The notes under the pieces are model-generated. The model had not been told where the DNA came from. It made no database searches and saw only the letters and a program-made list of their open reading frames with translations. 64,000 bases of DNA from Mobula hypostoma (Eukaryota), in the NCBI RefSeq assembly GCF_963921235.1, contig NC_086118.1, positions 22,818,001 to 22,882,000 on the forward strand, read 5' to 3'. Made by a program: the position numbers and the translations under genes. Position 1 is the stretch's first letter; each line of letters opens with the position of its first letter. This document shows, piece by piece, positions 1 to 10,559 of the stretch.

Positions 1-330
1 CCTTTTTCTCCCTCTGTCCCTCTGACTGTACCCCTTGCCCATCCTCTGGGTTTTCCCTCCCTTCCCCCTTTTCCTTCTCCCTGGGCCTCCTGTCCCATGA
101 TCCTCTCATATCCCTCTTGCCAATCACCTGTCCAGCTCTTGGCTCCATCCCTCCCCCTCCTGTCTTCTCCTATCATTTTGGATCTCCCCCTCCCCCTCCC
201 GCTTTCAAATCTCTTACTAGCTCTTCCTTCAGTTAGTCCTGACGAAGGGTCTCGGCCTGAAACGTCAACTGTACCTCTTCCTAGAGATGCTGCCTGGCCT
301 GCTGCGTTCACCAGCAACTTTGATGTGTGT
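1..330 (+). mobile_element. Penelope-like element 3' UTR/terminal repeat (runs off window start)
   Basis: Nearly identical to ~52995-53320, which directly follows a GIY-YIG coding remnant; contains a hammerhead motif. Confidence 0.85.
235..271 (+). ncRNA. Minimal type-I hammerhead ribozyme motif (PLE-associated)
   Basis: agtc-CTGACGA-agggtctcggcct-GAAA-CGTC-aactg: CUGANGA and GAAA cores, stem II, GUC cleavage triplet, stem I with one mismatch. Confidence 0.75.
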
Positions 331-1378
331 TACAAAGCATTTCCAGAGTGTTTGAGTATGAATCTGGACATTTTGGAGCCCTAGTTTTGAATTTCAGAGT
401 TTTCGTGACACCAACTGCATGTCACTATTTTTCACAATTTGTATATGTATTTACCAAGGCCTTAGCAATGTGTGGATAGTAAATTTTAGTCAATTTAAAG
501 TAAATTTATCTTCATCATATCATGACAATACTAACATCATATCCCCCATGCCTCAATATCCTGCTAGTCCCCAGTGATTAGAAATCCAGCTGGACCAACC
601 ACTTAACAAAGTATGTTAGAGCCTGAGTTTTCTGGGATAAGTAAGCCATTTCCTAATTCCTGAAGTTTTTTTTTAATATTAAAAAACACCAAGCAGGGAG
701 TTACGAAAACCTGCTTCTGTTCTGGATGAACACATTTTCAAGAATATTTAAGAAATTACTCAGAAATCTCATTCAGCATTAAGTAGCATGTTTGATTTAC
801 ATTGTATCGACTGTCTCAAAAGCTCATACAGCAGTTGAAATGTACAGAATCTACAAGGTGCATTGCAGCAATCAGATAAGATTTCTCCACAGGTAGCTCT
901 TAGCAAAACCTAAATATAGACCTAAACAGACCATAGGCGATATGAGTACACTCCCACCTTCATGATCTCCTCCAAGTCACATACCGTTCTGACATTGAAT
1001 CTACAATGTCATCTTGTCATCGAGTCAATATCCTGGAGCTTTCTCCCTAGCAGGACTAATGGAATGCCTTTGCCATACAGTTGCCAGTAGTTGCATCAAC
1101 ATTAATGTCCAAGGACCTTGTCCACCGACAGCAGGAACTGGGGTGAATCATCAGAGACAGAGACAGTTAACACTTGCCTAAAGAAACCCTTTGAATATCT
1201 CCTCCACCACAACTCTATCCTTATTGTCAATATCCTTGATTCAGTCTCACAGGCTTGCTACCATATCTGACCAACAAGAAATCAAGAAGGACATATCCTA
1301 ACTCAAAAGTAAGAAGGCCTCATGAGAAGATGATATCCCTGGTCAAATCCTCAAACTTGGTGGTCAAGAGCTTCAGTC

Positions 1379-4300
1379 TTTCTTTTTCTTTTTAAATCTT
1401 TTTATTGAGTAAGTATACAAAAAAGGTAAGCCATATAAACATTAATACAATGTTAAAGTATAATAAAATTCCAAAAGATATCAATACCAAAAAAAATACT
1501 ACAAACAATGTAATTTAAACATAAGAAACCAAGATAACATAATAGTATACTAAATTTTATATATATCAATGGAAAAAAAAAGAAAACCCCCCCCCCCAAA
1601 AAAAACCCACCGTGCAGCTAACTAAAAGCAAGGCAAAGCAATGGGCTAACTTGAAACCAAACAGAGTTAAACTTAAAATCACGTCCTCAATCCCGACCTC
1701 CATTAAAAACAGTGAAAAAAAAACAAGAAGGGTAAATATTACATTAAATGAAAATATCGAATAAAAGGTCCCCAAATCTGTTCAAATTTAAATGAAGAAT
1801 CATAAAGGTTACTTCTAATTTTCTCCAAATTCAAACATAAAATCGTCTGAGAAAACCAAAAAAAGGTAGTTGGAGCATTAAGCTCTTTCCAATGTTGTAA
1901 AATACATCTTTTCGCCATTAAAGTAAGAAATGCAATCATTCTACGGGCTGAAGGGGAAAGATTACTAGAAATTTTAGGTAGTCCAAAGATAGCAGTAATA
2001 GGGTGAGGAGAGATATCTATATTTAATACCTTAGAAATAATATTGAAAATATCTCTCCAAAAAGTTTCCAAAGTAGGGCAAGACCAAAACATATGAGTTA
2101 AAGAGGCTATCTGCCCCGAACATCTATCACAGAAAGGATTAATATGCGAGTAAAAACGCGCTAACTTATCTTTGGACATATGTGCTCTATGAACCACTTT
2201 AAATTGAATTAGGGAATGTTTAGCACAAATAGAGGAAGTATTAACTAATTGTAAAATCTGCCCCCAATCATCCACAGAAATGGTAAGCCCCAATTCCTGT
2301 TCCCAATCTACCCTAATCTTATCAAATGGAGCTTTCCTAAGTTTCATAATAATATTATAAATCATAGCCGATGCACCTTTCTGACATGGATTAAGGTTAA
2401 TTATCGAATCTAAAATATATGTAGGAGGAAGCATTGGAAAGGAAGAAAGTATAGTACTTAGGAAATTTCTAACTTGTAAATATCTAAAAAAATGTATTCT
2501 TGATAAGTTATATTTATTAGATAATTGTTCAAAAGACATAAGGGAGCCATCTAAAAATAAATCCAAAAACCGTAAAATACCCTTAGTCTTCCAAGTTTGA
2601 AAAGCGCGATCCGTAAAAGAGGGAGGAAAAAATATGTTACCTAAAATAGGAATCGCTAACCCGAATTGATTAAGATCAAAAAATTTTCTGAATTGAAACC
2701 AAATGCGCAAAGCATATTTAACTATCGGGTTAGAGACCTGCTTAAGACGTTTCGAATCAAAAGGGAGAGAGGAGCCTAAAATAGAACCAAGTGTATAACC
2801 CTGAACAGATTGTAATTCCAATGCTACCCATTTAGGAATAGATAGTATGTCCTGGTCAAGTAACCAAAATTTCATATGTCGAATATTAATAGCCCAATAA
2901 TAGAATCTAAAGTTAGGTAATGCTAAACCTCCATCTCTCTTAGCTTTCTGTAAATGTATTTTACCCAGTCTCGGATTCTTATTCTGCCAAATAAATGAAG
3001 AAATTTTAGAGTCAACTTTATCAAAAAAAGATTTTGGAACGAAAATTGGTAATGCCTGAAACACATATAAAAATTTTGGCAAAAAAAACATCTTAACTGC
3101 ATTAATACGACCAATCAAAGTTAAATATAAGGGAAACCATTTAGATGAAAGTTGAGTAATATGGTCTATTAATGGTAAAAAGTTAGTCTTAAATAAATCT
3201 TTGTATTTACAAGTAATTTTAATCCCAAGATATGAAAAGTAATTATTAATCAATTTAAATGGAAATTTATAATATAAGGGAAGATGTTTATTAATTGGAA
3301 AAAGTTCACTCTTACTAAGATTTAATTTATAACCTGAGAAAAGACCAAATTGTGCTAATAACTCTAAAACAGCAGGAATGGATTTCTCAGGATTAGAAAT
3401 ATATAAAAGTAAATCATCAGCATAGAGTGATAATTTATGGGACTTTAATCCCCGAGTTATCCCAGTAATATTTGAAGATTCTCGAATAGCAATTGCAAGA
3501 GGTTCTAATGCAATATCAAATAATAGGGGACTAAGAGGACAGCCTTGTCGAGTACCACGAAAGAGAGGAAAAAAAGGTGAGTTTAAAGAGTTAGTACGAA
3601 CCGAGGCTACAGGGGAGTGATATAACAGTTTAATCCAGGATATAAATTTCAAGCTAAAATTAAACATTTCAAGCACCTTAAATAAATAAGGCCATTCTAC
3701 TCTATCAAAAGCTTTCTCGGCATCTAAAGAAATAACACACTCAGGAGCATTTTGTGAGGGAGTATAAACGATATTTAACAATGTACGAATATTATAAAAA
3801 GAGTAACGACCTTTAATAAAACCCGTTTGGTCTTCCGAAATAATAGAAGGAAGTACTTTTTCTAGTCTATTTGCTAATAACTTAGAAAAAACTTTAGAAT
3901 CAACATTTAATAAAGATATTGGTCTATAAGATGCACATTGAGCAGGGTCTTTATCCTTCTTTAGTATTAAAGAAATTGACGCTCTATTAAAAGATTCAGG
4001 AAGTTTACCAAGTTTCAAAGAAGCCTCAAAAACCCTACAGAGCCAAGGAATCAATAAAGAAGCAAAACATTTATAAAATTCAACGGTAAACCCATCAGGG
4101 CCAGGAGCTTTCCCCAGATTCATAGAAAAAATAACATTCTTAATCTCATCCATTGTAATGGAAGTATCTAATAAAGAAGACATATCCTGTGAAATCTGAG
4201 GGAAGTCTAACTTATCTAAAAAATCATTCATATATTTAGAATCTCGAGGAGACTCTGATTGATATAAAGAAGAATAAAAATCACAAAAGGTTTGATTAAT

Positions 4301-5720
4301 CCCCACATGATCCAGTATCAATCGATCATTTTGGTTATAAATCTGATTGATTTGAGATTTAACATAATTAGATTTCAATTGATTAGCCAGCAGCTTGCCA
4401 ATTTTGTCACTGTGAACATAAAAGTCACTTCTTGTTTTCTTTAATTGGTTTACAATCGAGGACGAGAGTAGTAAACTGTGTTCCATTTGAAGTTCAGTTC
4501 TTTGTTTGTATAACTCCTCAGAAGGAGCCATAACATATTTCTTATCAATTTCTTTAATCTTGTCCACAATTGCCATCTCCTCCTGCTTCTGTTTCTTCCT
4601 CAAAGCAACAGAATACGAAATAATCTGACCCCGAATATAGGCTTTAAAAGTGTCCCAAAGAGTGTTAACCGAAATATCTTCTGTATGGTTAATTGTAAAA
4701 AAAAGCTCAATCTGTTCATTCATAAAATTAACAAAGTCCGAGTCCTGAAGCAACAGCGAATTAAAACGCCATTGTCTATTATTTGGTATATTGGCCATAA
4801 TTTTAATAGAAAGCTTAAGTGGAGCATGATCCGAAATGGTTATAGAATCATAATCACATTTAATCACTGAAGGAATAAGACGAGAATCAATGAAAAAATA
4901 ATCAATTCTTGAATAGGAATGATGAACATGTGAAAAGAAGGAAAAATCTTTTTCCTGAGAATGCAGAAAACGCCAAATGTCCGTCGACCCAGAATCAGAA
5001 AGGAAAAAATTAATCAGATTTGCAGATTTATTAGGTAAAGTCTGTAAAGGAGCCGAACGGTCCAAAGCTGGAGACAAACAGGTATTAAGATCTCCGCCCC
5101 AGATCAATGAAAACTCGTTCAAATTCGGAAACTGATCAAACAATGATTTATAAAATTCCGGACAATCCATATTAGGAGCATAAACATTAACCAAAACTAC
5201 TTTTTTATTAAATAGTAAACCACTAACCAATAAAAATCTACCATTCGGATCAGAGATAATATCCTGTTGTATAAAAGTAACTGAGGAATCTATAAAAATA
5301 GAGACGCCTCGAATCTTAGCATTGGAGTTCGAATGAAATTGTTGTCCCTTCCAGAATTTGAAAAAACGTAGTCTGTCCCCCCTCCGTACATGGGTCTCTT
5401 GTAAAAGTAAAATTTGTGCTTTAAGTCTCCGGAACACTTTAAAAACTTTTTTCCTTTTAATAGGATGATTAAGACCTTTAGTATTCCAGGAGACAAAATT
5501 AATAATAGACTTCATAAATCCTAAAGTCAACCCACAACAAGGAGGATTGACGATAGGCGCGACCCACAAACCCGGAGAGGAAACAGAACATACAAAAGAT
5601 ACCGGGAAAAAGGACGCAACCAGTACTTCAATAATGTATATAGCCCAAAGAGAAACAAACTAAAACGTGAAGCCCCTCCCACCACCCCCCGCCCCAAGAC
5701 CCCAAGGCAAAATCTAAAGG
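1379..5720 (-). mobile_element. L1-clade LINE (fish-type), 5'-truncated, ORF1 absent
   Basis: 12-bp TSD agagcttcagtc at 1367-1378 and 5721-5732; AATAAA plus A/GAAA-rich tail at ~1379-1410 on minus; contains full ORF2. Confidence 0.95.
1739..5515 (-). CDS. L1 ORF2p: APE endonuclease + reverse transcriptase + C-terminal CCHC, uninterrupted (~1258 aa from MKSIINF)
   Basis: Motifs SWNTKGLN, LQETH, YAPN, GGDLN, SRIDY, SDHAP, KAPGPDGF, DAEKAFD, GTRQGCPLSP, YADD, CDRC..THMFWSC all in one frame. Confidence 0.95.
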   Translation of the reverse strand: MKSIINFVSWNTKGLNHPIKRKKVFKVFRRLKAQILLLQETHVRRGDRLRFFKFWKGQQFHSNSNAKIRGVSIFIDSSVTFIQQDIISDPNGRFLLVSGLLFNKKVVLVNVYAPNMDCPEFYKSLFDQFPNLNEFSLIWGGDLNTCLSPALDRSAPLQTLPNKSANLINFFLSDSGSTDIWRFLHSQEKDFSFFSHVHHSYSRIDYFFIDSRLIPSVIKCDYDSITISDHAPLKLSIKIMANIPNNRQWRFNSLLLQDSDFVNFMNEQIELFFTINHTEDISVNTLWDTFKAYIRGQIISYSVALRKKQKQEEMAIVDKIKEIDKKYVMAPSEELYKQRTELQMEHSLLLSSSIVNQLKKTRSDFYVHSDKIGKLLANQLKSNYVKSQINQIYNQNDRLILDHVGINQTFCDFYSSLYQSESPRDSKYMNDFLDKLDFPQISQDMSSLLDTSITMDEIKNVIFSMNLGKAPGPDGFTVEFYKCFASLLIPWLCRVFEASLKLGKLPESFNRASISLILKKDKDPAQCASYRPISLLNVDSKVFSKLLANRLEKVLPSIISEDQTGFIKGRYSFYNIRTLLNIVYTPSQNAPECVISLDAEKAFDRVEWPYLFKVLEMFNFSLKFISWIKLLYHSPVASVRTNSLNSPFFPLFRGTRQGCPLSPLLFDIALEPLAIAIRESSNITGITRGLKSHKLSLYADDLLLYISNPEKSIPAVLELLAQFGLFSGYKLNLSKSELFPINKHLPLYYKFPFKLINNYFSYLGIKITCKYKDLFKTNFLPLIDHITQLSSKWFPLYLTLIGRINAVKMFFLPKFLYVFQALPIFVPKSFFDKVDSKISSFIWQNKNPRLGKIHLQKAKRDGGLALPNFRFYYWAINIRHMKFWLLDQDILSIPKWVALELQSVQGYTLGSILGSSLPFDSKRLKQVSNPIVKYALRIWFQFRKFFDLNQFGLAIPILGNIFFPPSFTDRAFQTWKTKGILRFLDLFLDGSLMSFEQLSNKYNLSRIHFFRYLQVRNFLSTILSSFPMLPPTYILDSIINLNPCQKGASAMIYNIIMKLRKAPFDKIRVDWEQELGLTISVDDWGQILQLVNTSSICAKHSLIQFKVVHRAHMSKDKLARFYSHINPFCDRCSGQIASLTHMFWSCPTLETFWRDIFNIISKVLNIDISPHPITAIFGLPKISSNLSPSARRMIAFLTLMAKRCILQHWKELNAPTTFFWFSQTILCLNLEKIRSNLYDSSFKFEQIWGPFIRYFHLM

Positions 5721-6439
5721 AGAGCTTCAGTCAAAATCCAGTCTCATTGCCCATATCCAGAAAAAGAAGCGTATTCCAGGAGATTTCAGAGTTGCCACAA
5801 TCACCTTCATTTTCAAGAATGGAGATGTCTTGTCTGTGGTACGTTCAGGAGGATTGTCGTACTGTTGTCTGTCACAGGAAAATTCATTGCCAGAGTCCTC
5901 TTCAACTGATGTCTTCCAGATACTAAAGCACATTCCCCTAAATCATAGTGTGAATGCCATCCAGATAGAGGTACAGAGGACATGACTGCTTAACTACTCC
6001 AAGAAAAATACAGGGAGAAGCACCAGCCACTATATGAAGTTTGTTTTCAATCTCAACAAAGCTTTTGACTCCATCAGTCAGAAGAGACTGTGAAACATCC
6101 TCCTCATATCTGAATGGCAACTGAACATTCTTTTCACTTTATCTTGTTTCACAATGATATGCAAGCCATCATATTAAATAATGGGTCTACAACAAAACTA
6201 TCCTCAGTGAAAACCAGAGTCAAATAAAGACATGTCATTGTCCTAACACCTCTTTCATTCTTTCCTGTTAAACTTTTGAAACGTACCTCCAATAAGCTTC
6301 CCATGGGAGTGGAATTAATCCTCAAAGCTAGTAGAAAGCCATTTACACAACAGATAAGTGTGTGTGCATGTTTGTGGGTATCTATTAGTGTAGGTATAGG
6401 TATAGGTGTGTGTGTGTTTGGAGGAGTCCATAAGGGAGG

Positions 6440-8110
6440 CTCTTGCCAAGGGATTCATTCAGCCCTCTACCTCACCAGACTTCGAGGGCTTCTTCTTCAT
6501 ACAGGAAAATGACAAGACCTATGGCCATGCATTGATTATAGAGGGCTGAATTGCGTAACATCCAAAAACAAACCCTTATGAACACTGCCTTTGAGATTCT
6601 CCATGAGGCAAGATCATTCTCCAAGCTAGACGTGTGGAGTGTATCTGCATAAAGGAGAGTGACGAATGGATGACTATATCCAACACACTGTCCGGTCACC
6701 ATGACTACTGGTTATGCCCTTCAGCCTCATGAATGCACCAGCAGTTTTCCAGGCCTTTATAAACAACGTGCTCTGGGAAGTTCTCCATAAGTATGCCTTC
6801 ACCTATTCGCATGATATCCTTATCTTGTCGAAGTCCATGACGGAGCACATTGCTCATGTCAGAGATACCTTAAAGAGGCTTCTAGATCATGGACTTTTTG
6901 TTAAGCTGGAGGAATCAGAATTTCACATAACCACTGTTTCATTTTTGGGTTTTATCTTCACTAAAGTCAACCTCAAGATGGACCCCACTAAGACACAGGC
7001 AATCAGAGATTGGCCACAGCCATCCAATATGAAACAAGTCCAAGGATTCCTGGGATTTGCCAACTTTTATAGAAAGTTTATTAGGAAATTGTGTTGGCGC
7101 GTGGCCAAGTGGTTAAGGCATCAATCTAGTGATCGGAAGGTCTTTAGTTCGAGCCTCAGCTGAGGCAGCATGTTGTGTCCTTGAGCAAGGCACTTAACCA
7201 CATATTGCTCTGCAACAACACCGGTGTCAAGCTGTATCGGCCTTAGTGCCTTTTCCTTGGACAACATCAGTGGCGTGGAGAGGGGAGACTTGCAGCATGG
7301 GCAACTGCCAGTCTTCAATACAACCTTGCCCAGGCCTGCGCCCTGGAAACCTTCCAAGGTACAAATCCATGGTCTCACGAGACTAACAGATGCCTATATT
7401 AGGAACTTAAGCTGAGCAGCAGTTTTGCTGACAGCATTAACTAAAAGATCTACAGGCCTTTTTGTCTGGACTCCTGAAGCGGATGTTACTTTTGCAGAAC
7501 TCAAACAGCAATTCATCACAACTTCCATTTTGGTTTCAACTAATTCGGACCTTCCCTTCATTGTGGAGGTGGATGCCCCGGATGTTGGAGTGGGAGCAGT
7601 GTTGTCTCAACAGATACCTTCGTACAATAAACTGCACTCATGTGTGTTCTTCTCCAGGTGGCTATCCCCATCACAGGTGAACTACAATATCAGAAATAGA
7701 GAGCTTCTCATGGTAAAGTTGGCTTTAAAGGAATGGCATCAGTGTCTGGAAGGGGCCAAGAACCCCTTTATTGCATGGACAGACCACATGAACCTGACTA
7801 TATTCGGGAGGCCAGAAGACTGCAATCCAGGCAGGGCAGGTGGTCTCTTTTCTTTAACTGCTTCGATTTCATCCTGACCTATCAACCAGGGTCAAGGAAT
7901 GAGAAACTGGATTCCTTGCCCCGTTAGTTTGCCGAACCTGAACGAGATGAGCAGCCTACCACTATTTTGCCCCAAGCTAAGGCGATAGCGCCAATTCCTT
8001 AGGGAATCGACGCACTTGTTCACAAGGCTCGAGCGCAAGGGTAGATTACAAAGAACTGTCCTCCAGGTCATCCGTCAGGTCTCAGGTACCTCAATGGGGA
8101 CACGCATCAA
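6440..8110 (+). mobile_element. Degenerate Ty3/Gypsy (Tf2/sushi-like) pol remnant: RT, RNase H, start of integrase
   Basis: ORFs [60 protein letters not shown]; multiple frameshifts; no LTRs seen. Confidence 0.9.
7088..7396 (+). mobile_element. tRNA-derived SINE inserted in the Gypsy RT
   Basis: A box (tggccaagtgg) and B box (gttcgagcc); 9-bp TSD tattaggaa at 7079-7087 and 7397-7405. Confidence 0.9.
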
Positions 8111-9444
8111 GAATGATCACTTAGCCATTGTTGCAGTATCAAGACTACTTGCAATATGCTCTGCAGCAATTCATCAATTCCTTTACAATAGCATCTCTCA
8201 AACCTGCAATCCCCATCACTCCTAAGCTGTGAATATATCATTACTTAATATGCTATCAGAATCTGAAGCTCATTAATCAATAGGACTCAACCAGTTTAAG
8301 TCTACTCTAAGGCAATTAGGACTGGGTGTTAAATGCTGAACTAGCTAACAACACATATATCCTGTATGCGAGAAAAAAGCTGACATCCTCACTGTTGATT
8401 TCTTATATGTAAATGCTGCCAAGACTGCTCTGGATCTCGGCAGGCAGTCTGTTCTACTAAGAATTGACTGAACTCAAATTACTGTAATCTCACATGGAGA
8501 ACTTCTATTATCTCCATTTCCTTCTCAGTCAATTCACCTTACTGGTACTGAATAAAGCAGATTCCAAATTGAAGCTATTTGGCGATAATTGTCTATCCAT
8601 ATGTACACAGTCCATGCTGATTGTTCTCTGCAAGTATCCACTGCAATTGGTTCCAGTAGAGCAAAAAATATTACCGAAAAGTCTGTAGCATATGTAAACA
8701 CGTCTAATTTACTGCAGATGCAGCGTTTTGTAAGGCACTCTTTAAGTATGCTGAATTGTGATGTTAACCAGCTAATACTTTGTTTACACTTTAGCCCAGC
8801 ACATTGATCTTGGTTTGGTTCTGCATCCATAATATTTAATAAATTGTGCCTTCCTTTCTGTACTGAGTCTTCATGAACGTAATTGTTTATTTTTCTTTTC
8901 ACTTAATATACAGTCCAACATACAACTGACTGACTAGACATATGCACAAGAAAATACATAATAAAAGCTTGTCTTTACTGTTTCCCCCATGTACGTAATG
9001 GGATTATTGTAACAACAAATCTATCACGTATGAAGAGAGCACTACTTCCCATTTGGGCCCAGTAAGTAAATTTAGCCGTGGATAGATTATTCATGAGCAA
9101 AATCAATAACTATTGATAAAACATCCATATTTCTTATAGCGTAATTGAAAACTTACAATATAGAAGGAAGCCATTTGGCTCATCATAGTATAATGATATC
9201 AGAAATAGAGCTACCCAACTTACTACATGTTCCAGGACTAGGTTATTCAAGAACACAGCCAAGTACTCAAAACATTTTATAAGGGCTTCTGCCACTCTTT
9301 TACATTCCAGACTCGAAGCACCCTCTAAATGAGAAAATCTTTCCTCGTTATTCCTCTAACTCTTCTAAAAGTTAGGTTAAATCTACACCCTCTAATCTTC
9401 CATTGAATAGAAAATTGGGGAGGTAATTCCGAAACTCAGGTCTA

Positions 9445-9730
9445 AGAACATAAGAACATAAGATATAGGAGCAGCAGCAGGGCACTTGGCCACTTGAACC
9501 TGGTCAGCTACGCATCAAGATCATGGATGATCTCCTACCCTGGAATGCTTCTCACACTATTTCCACATCATTTGGATTTCTTAAAATCTAGAAATTCATC
9601 AGTGAGATCGATGTCTGTTCTCCTACTGTCCTCTGAAATAGAACATTCAACAGGTTCATCATGCTCTACTTGAATAACTTTCTCCCCATCTCATTGCTAA
9701 CTGGCCTAATCTTTATACTTCTGATTCCAA
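9445..9730 (-). mobile_element. CR1 LINE 3' fragment
   Basis: (aagaacat)n tail and similarity to the other CR1 3' ends in the window. Confidence 0.6.
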
Positions 9731-9789
9731 ATTCCTCAACCAGTCCATCATAGGTAAAGCTCTCCCAACCACTGCCGATACTTACATGA

Positions 9790-10262
9790 AACACTGTCGT
9801 AGGAAAGCAGCGTCCATCATCAGAGACCTCCCCCCCAACCACCACCCAGGACATGCTGTCTTCTTGCTGCTGCCATCAGGAAGAAGGTACAAGAGCTTTA
9901 GGACTCACACCACAAATTCAGGACCAGTTACTACACCTCAACCATCAGGCTCTTTAACAAAGGGATAACTTCACAACTTCACTTGCCCCATCGTTGAAAT
10001 GTTTCTGCAAGCAATGAACTTTCTTTCAAGAACGCTTCATTTCATATTCTTGATATTTATTGCTTATTTATTTATATTATTGTTTCTTCTTTTTGCCTTT
10101 GCACAGTTTGTTATCTTCTGCACTTTGGTTGATATCTCTAATTTGGCAGTCGTTCATTGATCCTGTATAGTTACTATTCTACAGATTTGTTGAATATGCC
10201 CAGAAGAAAATTTCAATGTTGTATGTGGTGACATATATCTACTTTGATTATAAATTTACTTT
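9790..10262 (+). mobile_element. Rex1/Babar LINE 3' fragment
   Basis: CRRKAASIIRD..HPGHAVFLLLPSGRRY motif; AATAAA-like tail. Confidence 0.8.
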
Positions 10263-10559
10263 ATGCTTTGCAGAGGAAGTTTCCTCTTTGCATCTAGTTT
10301 GTTGAGCCTTGTAAATGAGCCCTCTATTTCATCTAGACTTGAGACAACTTGAGACTACTTTGCTCAGTCTCTTCTCAAATGGCAAACTCACCATTGCCAA
10401 TCCAGTAAATTCTCACTGCACTCTCTGTGTGTCTTAAAAAATAGCGATCTGAACTGAAGCTGTTTCAGGTAATAAGCTGGATTGTATCCAGGTAGTCTTA
10501 TTCATTTATTTTTGATTTTATGATGAAATACAGCACAGTAATTGACCTTTCCAGCCTAA

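Larger units (their letters stand above)
1255..6330 (+). mobile_element. Old RTE-clade LINE fragment (1255-1378 + 5733-6330) split by the L1 insertion
   Basis: Degenerate reading across the L1 junction resembles RTE pre-RT/RT motifs (KA.G.D.IP.EILKLGG.EL / IPGDFR.ATI..IFK / DL.KAFDS). Confidence 0.65.

Noticed and set aside
97..384. 95-aa ORF repeated at 52906-53367
   Set aside because: Chance reading of the pyrimidine-rich Penelope 3'UTR; the similarity reflects repeat copies, not a protein family
7095..7165. Possible tRNA gene
   Set aside because: It is the head of a TSD-flanked SINE; no complete cloverleaf or acceptor stem
8534..8902. 122-aa minus-strand ORF in non-repeat DNA
   Set aside because: No recognisable motif or convincing splice signals
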